A DNA stretch of 64,000 nucleotides from Eledone cirrhosa. Lineage: Eukaryota. Shown piece by piece: positions 39,104 through 50,291 of the stretch. The stretch's first letter is position 1. The number at the start of each line of letters is the position of its first letter. The notes beneath the pieces are model-generated. The model ran no database searches, was not told where the DNA came from, and saw only the letters and a program-made list of their open reading frames with translations. The stretch covers positions 7,688,001 to 7,752,000 of the forward strand of contig OZ024758.1 of NCBI GenBank assembly GCA_964016885.1, written 5' to 3'. The translations under genes were made by a program, and so were the position numbers.

Positions 39104-39805
39104 CTACAGTCCTCTTTTACTGTTTGATCTATATTTTCTAATTTAAAGAGTACGAGACTGTTTTCTGAATGTATTTACCCTTGGAACACTGACATATTGG
39201 AGAAGGGGTCTTTATCCTCTGTCTCTTAAAAAAACCAGCAACAAAGACATTGTTAGTAACAACTCTTAAAGAAGAATGCTTCATCATCATCATCATCATC
39301 ATCATCATGCTTATTGTTTCATAATAGCCCCATGAGAAAGACACCATATTAAAGTTAGTGAAATGCTACACTTAAAACATTAACCATAGCCACTTTCCCA
39401 TGAACTCTAAAATCTACCTGTTTTGGAATTTAGAAACAGGTTTTGAATATTACAGTATGACCAACAAAACAATGAGTTTGTATTTGTGAAACAAGAAACA
39501 ATCGGTTGAGGAACAGCTACAGGTCAGATATTAGTATAACATCAAATACTGTAGGTTCTCACATATGCAATATAGTGAGGAGGAAAACAGATTAACTAAG
39601 CCACAAGTAGACAAAAACTCTTTCCAGGGTACTTTAAATGTAAAAAAAAACAAAAAAAAACAGGAGGGGGGGGGGGTGAGAGTGTGTGTATGTGTGTATG
39701 AGAGAGAGAGAAAACACTAATAAAATCAGTTGTTCAAAACTTTTGAACAATAACAATACAGCAGTTTAAAGTGGAACTGTTTTTTAAAGTCAACTAGTGA
39801 AAACA

Positions 39806-39845
39806 ACCTAGAGGTTTCAGTCTTATTAGACCTCCTCAGCAAACA
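39806..39845 (-). ncRNA. Minimal type I hammerhead motif (PLE-like), slightly decayed
   Basis: Minus: CTGAGGA-GGTCT-AATA-AGACT-GAAAC-CTC; stem I pairs only through wobbles. Confidence 0.5.
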
Positions 39846-40209
39846 TTCTACTCAGTTGGCAAGATGACAAGTGATAAATATATAGGGAGTATAAAAAAAA
39901 ATTCAAAAAGCTTCCAAAAGCCTGAAAGGCATGTAAAGATTTTAAATAACTTTATAAAAATCGATAAAAGTTATAAAAAAGAATAAACTTAACATACAGA
40001 CATGTATATATACTGCATGATTATATAGTCATTTGATTAAAAAATATAACTTTTTGACATACATGAGATGATTCTTTTTGATACATCCTGTATATGGAAG
40101 TAAATGGAATGTAGTGAAACTGATTGTGGATTTCAACAGTATGGCCGAGGGGAAAATACCTCAATTCTATAAACTAAAATACATTTACAGTTGAGCCTCA
40201 CATATTTAC

Positions 40210-40376
40210 CGTATTTCCTGGCGTTGAAGACGCTACTTCTTTCCTAAAATAAGTCTCAAAAATCTACCATGCGTCCTGAAGGCTGAAGGTTGTTTATCAT
40301 TTTTTTTCAAATTTTTGGTTGTCAAAATTAGGGTGTATCCTAAAGGACGAAGCGTCTTCGGCACCGGGAAATACGG
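40210..40376. mobile_element. Tc2/pogo-like MITE (fragment also at 8570-8621)
   Basis: TA|CCGTATTTCC...GGAAATACGG|TA. Confidence 0.85.
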
Positions 40377-40408
40377 TAATATAGGGAGGTGAAAAACTTC
40401 CTTCACGA

Positions 40409-40504
40409 CTGTTTCTACTTTTGGCACAAGGCCAGCAATTACCTCAGTGTATTACTGGTACTTTATTTTATCGACCCCATAAGGATGAAAGGCAAAGTTA
40501 ACCT
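40409..40504 (-). mobile_element. SINE A, 5'-truncated
   Basis: Family match. Confidence 0.85.
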
Positions 40505-40514
40505 GTTGATATAT

Positions 40515-40670
40515 TTGTGTGGTTAAGAAATTCATTTTGCAACCGCATGGCATCAGGTTAAGTCCCACAGCAAAGCATCTTGGACAAGTATCTTCTATTA
40601 TAGAACCAGGCTGACCAATGTCTTGTGAGAGACATTTGGAAAATGGAAACTGCGTGGAAGCCTGTTGTAA
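40515..40670 (+). mobile_element. tRNA-headed SINE, family C (other copies 48408-48555 and 51178-51333, both minus)
   Basis: GTGGTTAAGAA...CTTGGACAAGTATCTTCTATTATAG...CTTGTGAG. Confidence 0.75.
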
Positions 40671-40689
40671 ACACCCCCACATACATACA

Positions 40690-40861
40690 CAAGGGTTGGC
40701 TGAAAAGTTCATAAGCTGACAAAGATACTCTCATAGAATGACCAAATGGAAAGAAATAATGTAGTTATTAATAAGAAGAGTTGAAACTAATACCTGCAGG
40801 ATTTCACAGCTCTAGCATCACTCCTTTATAGTAAGCCTATGAATGTTTCAGCCCACCCTCA
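40690..40861 (-). mobile_element. mariner-like MITE
   Basis: Family TIRs. Confidence 0.8.
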
Positions 40862-40870
40862 TATATATAT

Positions 40871-41058
40871 ATCAGATTGGAGATGGTAAAAACCAGCTAG
40901 ACCATGACTCACCAGAGTACACGAGACTTGGGGTAGTAGAGTGGGTAATATGAAAAAATTAAGGACCCTGCTGGCTGAACTCCAGCCATTTTGACAGCTA
41001 GATCCGTGCTGTCGAAACGACCGGAGCTCAGTTGTCGGGGTCCAGAATTTTTTCATAT
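40871..41058 (-). mobile_element. Fold-back palindromic element, diverged subfamily
   Basis: Arms spanning 40948-41058; tail homologous to 12326-12403 in the opposite orientation. Confidence 0.8.
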
Positions 41059-41062
41059 ATAT

Positions 41063-41269
41063 ATAGGAACGAGTAGGACCCCGACGGCTGAGCTCAAGTC
41101 GTTTCGACAGCTAATTCTGGACTACATCTAGTCCAGAATTAGCCGTCGAAACGGCTTGAGCTCAGCCGTCGGGGTCCTACTCGTTCCTATTACCCACTCT
41201 ACTACCCTAAGTATTGAGTACTTTGGTGCGTTATGGTCCACCTGGTTCCTTACCACATTTCCTTTGTTA
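41063..41269 (+). mobile_element. Fold-back palindromic element
   Basis: 62-bp arms 41063-41124/41129-41190 with 2 mismatches, 4-nt loop, then tail. Confidence 0.9.
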
Positions 41270-41861
41270 TATACATATATACATATATATATATGTGTGT
41301 GTTTGAGAGTCTGTGTGTCTGTCTCCACATTGACTGTGCTTAAAACAAAATAACAATGGTATATGTTTTATGTTCTGTAGCTTTACAGTTTGGTGGATGG
41401 AAGATATACCATAATTAGAAATAAGAGTTAGAGGCAGGGATGGCATCTAACCATAAACTACTGCCTCAAAAACTCTCATCCAACCCATGATGTAGAATCG
41501 ATGATGATGGTGATGATGATGGTGGTGATGATCAAAATACAGACAAAAGAAAAGATATTTTTAGATTTGCTGAGTGTATTTAATTTGACTACAAAACACT
41601 GACAATATAAAATATTTATTTAAGCAATAAATCAATGACAGATCCTTATGAATAAAAATGCCCTCATTAATAAAATAGAAATATTGAACCAGCTCCCGAA
41701 ATCTCTAATAAGGTCAGAAATTTGTGAGAAAGATGATGTAGTCAGGTGTATTGATCTGTAGTCAGATGTATTGATCTGAGTACTTAACTGGTACTGTTGA
41801 TGTGGCTGTATATAGGATAGTTGTATAATGTTTCAAAACATTAAACAGTTTAGCATCATAT

Positions 41862-41906
<45 letters not shown>

Positions 41907-41969
41907 TATATTATATATCTACATATACATCCATATAAATCTACATATACATACATATATACATATACA

Positions 41970-42005
<36 letters not shown>

Positions 42006-42282
42006 CATATGTATACATATGTATTTATACATACACATTTATATTTATACATACATATACATATGTATTTATACATACATATACATATGTATTTATACAT
42101 ACACATTTATATTTATACATACATATACATATGTATTTATACATACACATTTATATTTATACATACATATACATATGTATTTATACATACGTCAATATAC
42201 ATACATATGTCAATATGGTGGCCCTACGACCGACTCCCTCGGGAGTCACGGGACCATGCATGCATATGATTTACATATTTAA

Positions 42283-42483
42283 CCCTTTCGCATTTAAACC
42301 GGTCATACCTGGCCAGAATTCTCTCACCTCTTTCTGTTCAAACCGGATGCTAAGGTACTTTTTTCTCAAAATAAATAACTTCAAAATCTCATAAATTCGA
42401 TATCATGTGAGATAATTATGTGAAATAAAGACTTTACTACAAAAATACAATAGTATGTATAGAGAAATATGAATACTAAAGGG
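42283..42483 (-). mobile_element. piggyBac-like MITE B1
   Basis: TTAA|CCCTTTCGCATTT...AAAGGG|TGAA. Confidence 0.85.
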
Positions 42484-42684
42484 TGAAAAGGCAATGGATT
42501 GGCAGTATTGGTAGAGCAACAGACAAAAGATTTTCTATATATTCTTAGTTCAAATCATGTCAAGGTTAATTTTATTGACTTTACCCTCCCCCCAAATTGT
42601 TGGCCTTGTGCTTAAATTAGAATAATATTTTTTTGTTTATTGTTGTGGTTTTATTTTGTTTTAAATATTATTGTCTCGGTGGTC

Positions 42685-43218
42685 AGTAAGTAGCCCTGCT
42701 TCAGTACTGTCTTGGTCTATGTAGATCTATCCAACCCTTGCTAGCAGGGAAAGTGGACATTAAATGATGATGATGATGATATTAATGATAATTGTTTCTA
42801 CTTTAGGCACAAGGCCAGCAATGGCACAAGGCCAGCAATTACCCAGTGCATTACTGGTACTTTATTTTATCGACCCCGTAAGGATGAAAGGCAAAGTTAA
42901 CCTCGGCGGGAATAATGATAGGAGGTCAGTAGCCCTGCTTCAGTACTGACTTGGTCAATGTAGACCTGTCCAACCCTTGCTAGCAGGGAAAGTGGACATA
43001 TGATGATGATGGGAGGCCATTAGCCCTGCTTCAGTAGTAACTTGGTCTATGTAGATCTATCCAACCCTTGCTAGCAGGGAAAGCAAACATTAAATGATGA
43101 TGATGATGATGATGATGGTGGGAGGTATATAGCTATGCTTCAGCACTAACTTGGTCTACGTAGACCCATCCAACCCAGAGATCAGTAGCCAACCCTTGCT
43201 AGCAGGGAAAGAGTGCAT

Positions 43219-43250
<32 letters not shown>
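42685..43250 (+). repeat. Four tandem copies of a (TGA)n-tailed SINE 3' end, one interrupted by SINE A (42789-42910, minus)
   Basis: TAGCCCTGCTTCAGTA...CCAACCCTTGCTAGCAGGGAAAG...TGATGATG x4; related copy at 53565-53650. Confidence 0.85.
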
Positions 43251-43253
<3 letters not shown>

Positions 43254-43608
43254 TGTTAATGTTTAAAGAAAACCCTTAGTAAATACAGTTTATTGAGAAG
43301 TACTAACTTTGAAATTCTGTTAACTTTTCAATTTTATTTTTTAGTTAGTGAGTCAGAATGAGTTCTAAATGGATAATCTGAATTCAATGATTTCTTTTAA
43401 ATGATTTCTTTTAATAAATATATTTTTATGAAATGAATAATAAAATTACATAAGTAAAATATAAAAGCAATTTTTTTTAAATCAATAATATCAAGTTTGT
43501 AAAAATTCATAAAGAAATTAGGTTAATGAGAAAAAAAGGAAAATTGAAAATATTAAAGCATATTTCAAAACACTATTTGAAAATTTCATAAAACATTCTT
43601 TCTTTAAA

Positions 43609-43705
43609 TAATTGTCTCTACCTTTGGCACAAGGCCAGCAATTACCCAGTACATAACTGATACTTTATTTTATCGACCCCGTAAGGGTGAAAGGCAAAGT
43701 TAACC
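43609..43705 (-). mobile_element. SINE A, 5'-truncated
   Basis: Family match. Confidence 0.8.
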
Positions 43706-43902
43706 GGGGGGGGGGGGCTATTGTCATTGATCTATCAACCCAAGTTCATCAAATAGCTATAATAATATGTACCAACAAACAGCTTCCAAGATGTTCGATA
43801 TGAGGGGTCGGCATTTAGACTGGTGTCCCCGAGCTAGCTGGCCCCTGTATGATTTCCATTCATCTCTAACACTAGGGCAGAAGTGGGAGTTAGTATATAG
43901 AA

Positions 43903-43958
43903 ATGAGTTCTACAGAATTAGAACTGTTTCATTCATATGAAATCATCAGGAATGTCAT
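43903..43958 (-). ncRNA. Near-complete type I hammerhead ribozyme motif
   Basis: Minus: ATGACATTC-CTGATGA-TTTCATATGAAT-GAA-ACAG-TTCTAATT-CTGT-A-GAACTCAT; stems I-III present, GUA site. Confidence 0.6.
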
Positions 43959-44080
43959 ATATATATATATTCCAAGAAAGGGTGACGTGAATAGACCTGC
44001 TTTTAATCAAGAAATTTCTTTTCAATTTTACCACTGCCCATTCTCCACTATCTTTCTATTTCTTCTTTAATTTCTCATTC

Positions 44081-44120
44081 TATTTTCTGATGAAGGACTA
44101 GTGTCCGAAACGTTAAGACT
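44081..44120 (+). ncRNA. Minimal type I hammerhead motif in a Penelope-like terminus (about 43975-44215)
   Basis: CTGATGA-A-GGAC-TAGT-GTCC-GAAACGTTA with palindromic stem III AACGTT. Confidence 0.6.
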
Positions 44121-44376
44121 CTTTTCCTACTATATCAAGTGTAAAACTAATAATATATTTCTGCATTGTACTGTGTTGTTTGCTTTGAAATTTCTGTTTG
44201 CCTTTTGTACAGAAACACACACACACACACATGTGCATGTGTGTGTGTGTAATCTTACTACCAGCATCAAATTTACAAATTAATAGGTTTATGAGTAATA
44301 TGATACAGGCCTTCTATAGAAAAAGCTTGATGAATATAAAGCACATTTTAACTTTTCTACATATTTCAGCCTCCAT

Positions 44377-44556
44377 TTGGCAGTATCGGTAGTGGGTCGG
44401 ACGCCATACTTTGTAGCACAGTTACGTCTCTTTACGGACTGAGTTCAAATCCCGCCGAGGTTAACTTTGCCTTTCATCCTTACGGGGGTCGATAAAATAA
44501 AGTACCAGTAATGCACTGGGTAATTGCTGGCCTTGTGCCAAAAGTAGAAACAATTA
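44377..44556 (+). mobile_element. SINE A
   Basis: Family match. Confidence 0.9.
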
Positions 44557-44676
44557 TATATTTATGGTGTTCTTATACATCTCTACTTAAAACAAAAATA
44601 CTATCAAATAATTCCTTATACTTGAAATCTGACCATTTCAATTTTAGAAGTATGTAAATATTTGTCTTAGCACTCT

Positions 44677-44748
<72 letters not shown>

Positions 44749-44785
44749 CATATATCATCGTTTAACGTCCATCTTCCATGCTAAA

Positions 44786-45007
44786 GACGATTTGTTATGC
44801 CTTCATCGAAGACATAATGGATCGAACCTTGAGCTGATCAATAGTGAAACACATGTCACTACTTAATAAACGTAATGAAGACGTAATAAATCGTCATTTT
44901 ATTATTATATTTACACTCTGCTTAGTTCTGCGCCTCTCTACAGACTGGAAACTACGCATCGAGTGTTCACTCGGGTGAACCTACACTAACTGCACATTAC
45001 ATTCCCT
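44786..45007 (+). mobile_element. Short element with hammerhead 3' half between 21-bp inverted repeats, plus tail
   Basis: IRs 44786-44806/44875-44895; GCTGATCAATAGT-GAAAC-ACAT-GTC; tail homologous to 54993-55097. Confidence 0.7.
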
Positions 45008-45276
45008 ATATATATATATACACACACATATATATATATATATATACACCAACACACACACATGTGTATATATACACACACCCAACCACACACACACACA
45101 TATGTGTGTGTGTGTGTTTGTGTATGCGTAATCTGAGTTAACCAACAGAAAATTTACAAATTAATAGGTTTATAAGCAATATGATACAGGCGTTGCTTCC
45201 ATAGAAAAAAGCTTGATGAATATAAAGCACATTTTAACTTTCCTACATATTTATATCTCCATTATATAGATATGAC

Positions 45277-46102
45277 AGGGCGGTGGAGTGGCAGTGTCGG
45301 TGGAGGGTCGGACACCATGCTAGGGCGGTGGAGTGGCAGTATCGGTGGAGGGTCGGACACCATGCTAGGGCGGTGGAGTGGCAGTATCGGTGGAGGGTCG
45401 GACACCATCCTAGGGCGGTGGAGTGGCAGTCTCGGTGGAGGGTCGGACCCCATGCTAGGGCGGTGGAGGGTCGGACACCATGCTAGGGCGGTGGAGGGTC
45501 GGACACCATGTTAGGGCGGTGGAGGGTCGGACACCATGCTAGGGCGGTGGATTGGCAGTCTCGGTGGAGGGTCGGACACCATGCTAGGGCGGTGGATTGG
45601 CAGTATCGGTGGAGGGTCGGACACCATGCTAGGGCGGTGGATTGGCAGTATCGGTAGAGGGTCGGACACCATGCTAGGGCGGTGGATTGGCAGTATCGGT
45701 AGAGGGTCGGACACCATGCTAGGGCGGTGGATTGGCAGTATCGGTGGAGGGTCGGACACCATGCTAGGGCGGTGGATTGGCAGTATCGGTGGAGGGTCGG
45801 ACACCATGCTAGGGCGGTGGATTGGCAGTGTCGGTAGAGGGTCGGACACCATGCTAGGGCGGTGGATTGGCAGACACCATGCTAGGGCGGGGGATTGGCA
45901 GACACCATGCTAAGGCGGGGGATTGGCAGTATCGGTAGAGGGTCAGACGCCATGCTTTCCAGCATAGTTACGTCCCTTAACGATCTGAGTTCAAATCCCA
46001 CCGAGGTCAACTTTGCCTTTCATCCTTACGGGGGTCGATAAAATAAAGTACCAGTAATGCACTGGGTTATTGCTGGCCTTGTGCCAAAAGTAGAAACAAT
46101 TA
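45277..46102 (+). mobile_element. SINE A with 16 extra tandem copies of its 5' head
   Basis: 11 x 45-bp and 5 x about 28-bp units before a normal body at 45912; TSD ATTATATA(G/T)ATATGA encloses all. Confidence 0.93.
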
Positions 46103-46116
46103 TATATATATGAAAG

Positions 46117-46571
46117 AGCGGAGGATTGGCAACATCAGTAGAGCATCAGGCAATATGTTTTGTGGTATATTATTACGTACTTTTATGTTCTGAGTTCAAA
46201 TCCTGCTGAGGTTAGTTTTACCTTTCTTCTTAACCCTTTACCAATCACATTATTCTATATTTATTATTGTATATTCGTAGAAAATGCTTTATCTCACGTA
46301 ATTATCTCACATAATCTCAAATCAACAAGATTTTTTGATGTCGTTATTCTTTACTTTAAGAATGATATTTTAATGTCAGTGTGAGCTGCCAGTTACAGCA
46401 GCTTTGAAAAAATGGGGAAAGAATTCTGGCGCGATACAGATACAGCCGGTTTAAATGCTAAAGGGTTAAGGAGGTTGATAAAATAAAGTACCACTAATAC
46501 ACTGGGGTTGATTTAATCAACTTTCCTCTCCCCCAAAATTGTTGGCCTTGTACCTAATTCAGAAACCATTA
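46117..46571 (+). mobile_element. Older SINE interrupted by MITE B1 (46234-46465)
   Basis: MITE has TTAA on both flanks; the SINE resumes at GAGGTTGATAAAATAAAGTACC. Confidence 0.88.
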
Positions 46572-47871
46572 TAAAGATATGTTTTTATACAAATTCTACT
46601 TAAAGAGAATGACTGAAATGATAGGACAGGAAAAGAGAAAATTGGAAATTAATATTAGAGGAGCAAAGACATCCAGACTAGAGGGGGTTGTTCACATATA
46701 AATCATTTATCATAGCTACTATTTACAAATGGTTCTGACCTTGATTAGAGATGATAAAGAATGCACCATAACAACTTGTTCACTATCAACCAATCACAAC
46801 TGTCACATTATAGCACTCTTATTTGATAGCAAAGAAATTAAAGGGGGGGGGGTTAGTGGGGACGGGGGGGGGGGGGGGGAGAGATCAGTTTGGTCAGAAA
46901 ACTGATAGGTATCAAGGAACAGAGAAATACTAGAAAAGAGATTATCAGAAAGGACAAATGGAATGTTAAGAAAATGTTCGCTGTTTTAAAGAAGAGAGTG
47001 GTGTGGAAAATAGAATCACAGTGGGAAGAATACTGACTGGATATTAGGATAACTTGTCGTCTTGGTGAGTGAATTGTACTTAGAGCTAGTCAAATAAAGG
47101 AACTTATATATATATATCGCGATTCACATACGACCTACCATACATCTTGCTTATATATATATATATATATATACATGAACCATAAAATGAAAGTCTTGGT
47201 GAACGAATTATACTTAGATAGATCTAGTCATATAAAGGAATTTATATATATACATGAACCATACAATGACCTGGAATGCCAACTAGCTTGTCTTGGTGAG
47301 TGAATTATACACAGATAGATCTAGTCATTTAAAGGAACTCATATGTACATGAACCATGGAATGAGATGTAGTATTGACTATAAATGATAGAACAATTACT
47401 GTTCAGAGTATGGCTTACACATGTGGGAATAATATTCCCAAGTGAGATGTATGTCAATGATAAGGTTTGAATTAATAAGACATATTTCAACATAATGGCT
47501 GTAATTAGAATATACAAAAATAAGGAAACAACAATTATTCTTATGCTAAAGTGAAGAAGAGATAAAGGTTTACCATAATGAAATAAATATTATGAAGTTA
47601 TAACTACAGTCCTTTGTTACTTTCAACAGTTTTAATGTAAGATACATGATTCGAGTGGAGTTGTTCAACGTAGTCTTTTAATTATTTTACTGGTTTCAGT
47701 CATTAGACTGTGGCCATGCTGGGGCACCACTGCTGGCATAGTTCATCATATCAACACCAGTATTATTTTCTTAAACACTGGTACATATTTTTTAAATCTT
47801 TTTTGTCAAACTGATAAACATTTAAAGATAGACAATGACAATTACACACACACACAAATATATATATATAT

Positions 47872-48210
47872 GGAGGCACATGGCTTAGTGGTTAGAGCAT
47901 TGGCCTTGCAATCAAAAGGTTGTGAGTTCAATTCTCAGACCGGGCGATGTGTTGTTTCCTTGAGCAAGACACTTTATTTGACATTGCTCCAGTTTACTCA
48001 GCTGTAGAAATGAGATGATAGGGACTGGGGTCCCTATCATTCCACTGCAAAGTGGTCGTGGAGGTGCCACAGCAAAAAAGCACCCAGCACTCACTGTAAA
48101 TGAGGTTGGTGTTAGGAAGGGCATCCAGCTGTAGAAATCAAGCCAGAATCAGTTCCTGTCCCACCCTTGCAAGCAGGGAAAAGGCGGACGTAAAATGAAA
48201 TGATGATGAT
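47872..48210 (+). mobile_element. Full-length tRNA + CORE-like + (TGA)n-tail SINE
   Basis: TGGCTTAGTGGTTAGAGC, GAGTTCAATTC, CCTTGAGCAAGACACTT...CAGCTGTAGAAATG; near-identical inverted copy at 62594. Confidence 0.88.
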
Positions 48211-48304
48211 ATATATATATATTTATGTATGTATATGTATATAGAAAATAGATACTAAACGATGATATATATATATATCATCATTTTTATGTTTTTCCAT
48301 GCAT

Positions 48305-48371
<67 letters not shown>

Positions 48372-48717
48372 TATATATATACATATATATACACACATAC
48401 ACTCAAAGAGCTTCTGCAGTTTCTGTCTTCCATATACCACCCACAAAGCACTGATCAACTTGAGGGTATAGTAAAAGAGACTTGCCCAAGATGCAGCACA
48501 CCAACACTGAACCCAGGATAACATGGTTGCAAAGCCAACTCCATCACCACACAGCAATGAGTGTACTTTGTCATCATTATGAATATTTCCCATAAAAAGC
48601 AGCTCACAAAATATAGGGTTTGTATATATATATATATAGTCATAATTATATATATATATATAGTCATAATTATATATATACACACATATATATATATATA
48701 GTCATAATTATATATAT

Positions 48718-48759
<42 letters not shown>

Positions 48760-49149
48760 CAATATAGCAGACGTATAAAATTAAGATGAGGTATACCAAT
48801 ATTTTATTCAAATATATTTAAGTATGAAATGTAATAAAAACGTCTCTTAAGATTTCTAAATTACATTTCATTGTAGACATTAATGTATGATGTCTGCGTA
48901 AAGGTACCATTCATAATCCATTGTTATTATAACAAACAAAAAAAGGAAGATATTTCAGAATTAGAAAGAAATGAGAAACAGTTAATACAATTATATAGGA
49001 TATTTATTATATTCCAATTTAAAATATATTCTCAATATCATATTTAATTTTCTTTCTAACTTCATAATTATAATTTATTCTCCCTATAAAATATATTCCT
49101 TTACTAGTTTCACTCATTAGACTGTCATTATGGAGCATAAACATATATA

Positions 49150-49350
49150 TGAGGGTCGGCTGAAAAGTTCATAGGCTGACCAAGATACTTTCATGGAATG
49201 ACCAAATGAGGTTTATTTTTTTCAACATAGTCCCTGGAAAGAAGCAATGCAGTTGTTAATAAGGGGAGTTGAAATTAGTGCATGCAAGATTTCACATCTC
49301 TAGCATCATTCCTTCAAAGTCAGCCCTATGAAAGTTTTGGTCCACCCTTA
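49150..49350 (-). mobile_element. mariner-like MITE
   Basis: Family TIRs, TA flanks. Confidence 0.85.
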
Positions 49351-49374
49351 TATATTGATATACGATGAATCAGC

Positions 49375-49875
<501 letters not shown>

Positions 49876-50249
49876 GAAAAGACTAACCCTTGTATTAATA
49901 TTAAACTTGGAGGCCAGAATTTTGATGAAAATAAACATATTAATATTTAATAAACTGCAAGATCAAGATAAAATATATGAGTTTGTCATACCAAAAATGT
50001 AATTCTAACTTTTCTATATATTGATAGACGATATATTATGAAAGACACATACTACCTGAAAAAGGCCTGGGGGACGGTACATCTGTGAGTTTTGATATAA
50101 AGTTGTTTTTGAAATGTCTAGACATAAAGTAAGTGATAATATTTCTTCGGCTAATAGATAGCTTTGCAGCTAAATGCACCAAGTGCAACTTTTGAGTTTC
50201 CGTTAGTTATCAACATAATACAGAACTGCAATATATTATGTTGGTGGAA

Positions 50250-50291
50250 GATGCCACAGCTGTTTCAGAACTATTCTTCATCAGCTGCTTC
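50250..50291 (-). ncRNA. Minimal type I hammerhead motif, cleavage triplet mutated
   Basis: Minus: CTGATGA-AGAA-TAG-TTCT-GAA-ACAGCTGT-G; palindromic stem III, GUG instead of GUH. Confidence 0.5.

Noticed and set aside
45262-45913. Gly/Trp-rich or Pro-rich repeat ORFs
   Set aside because: Translation of tandem SINE heads
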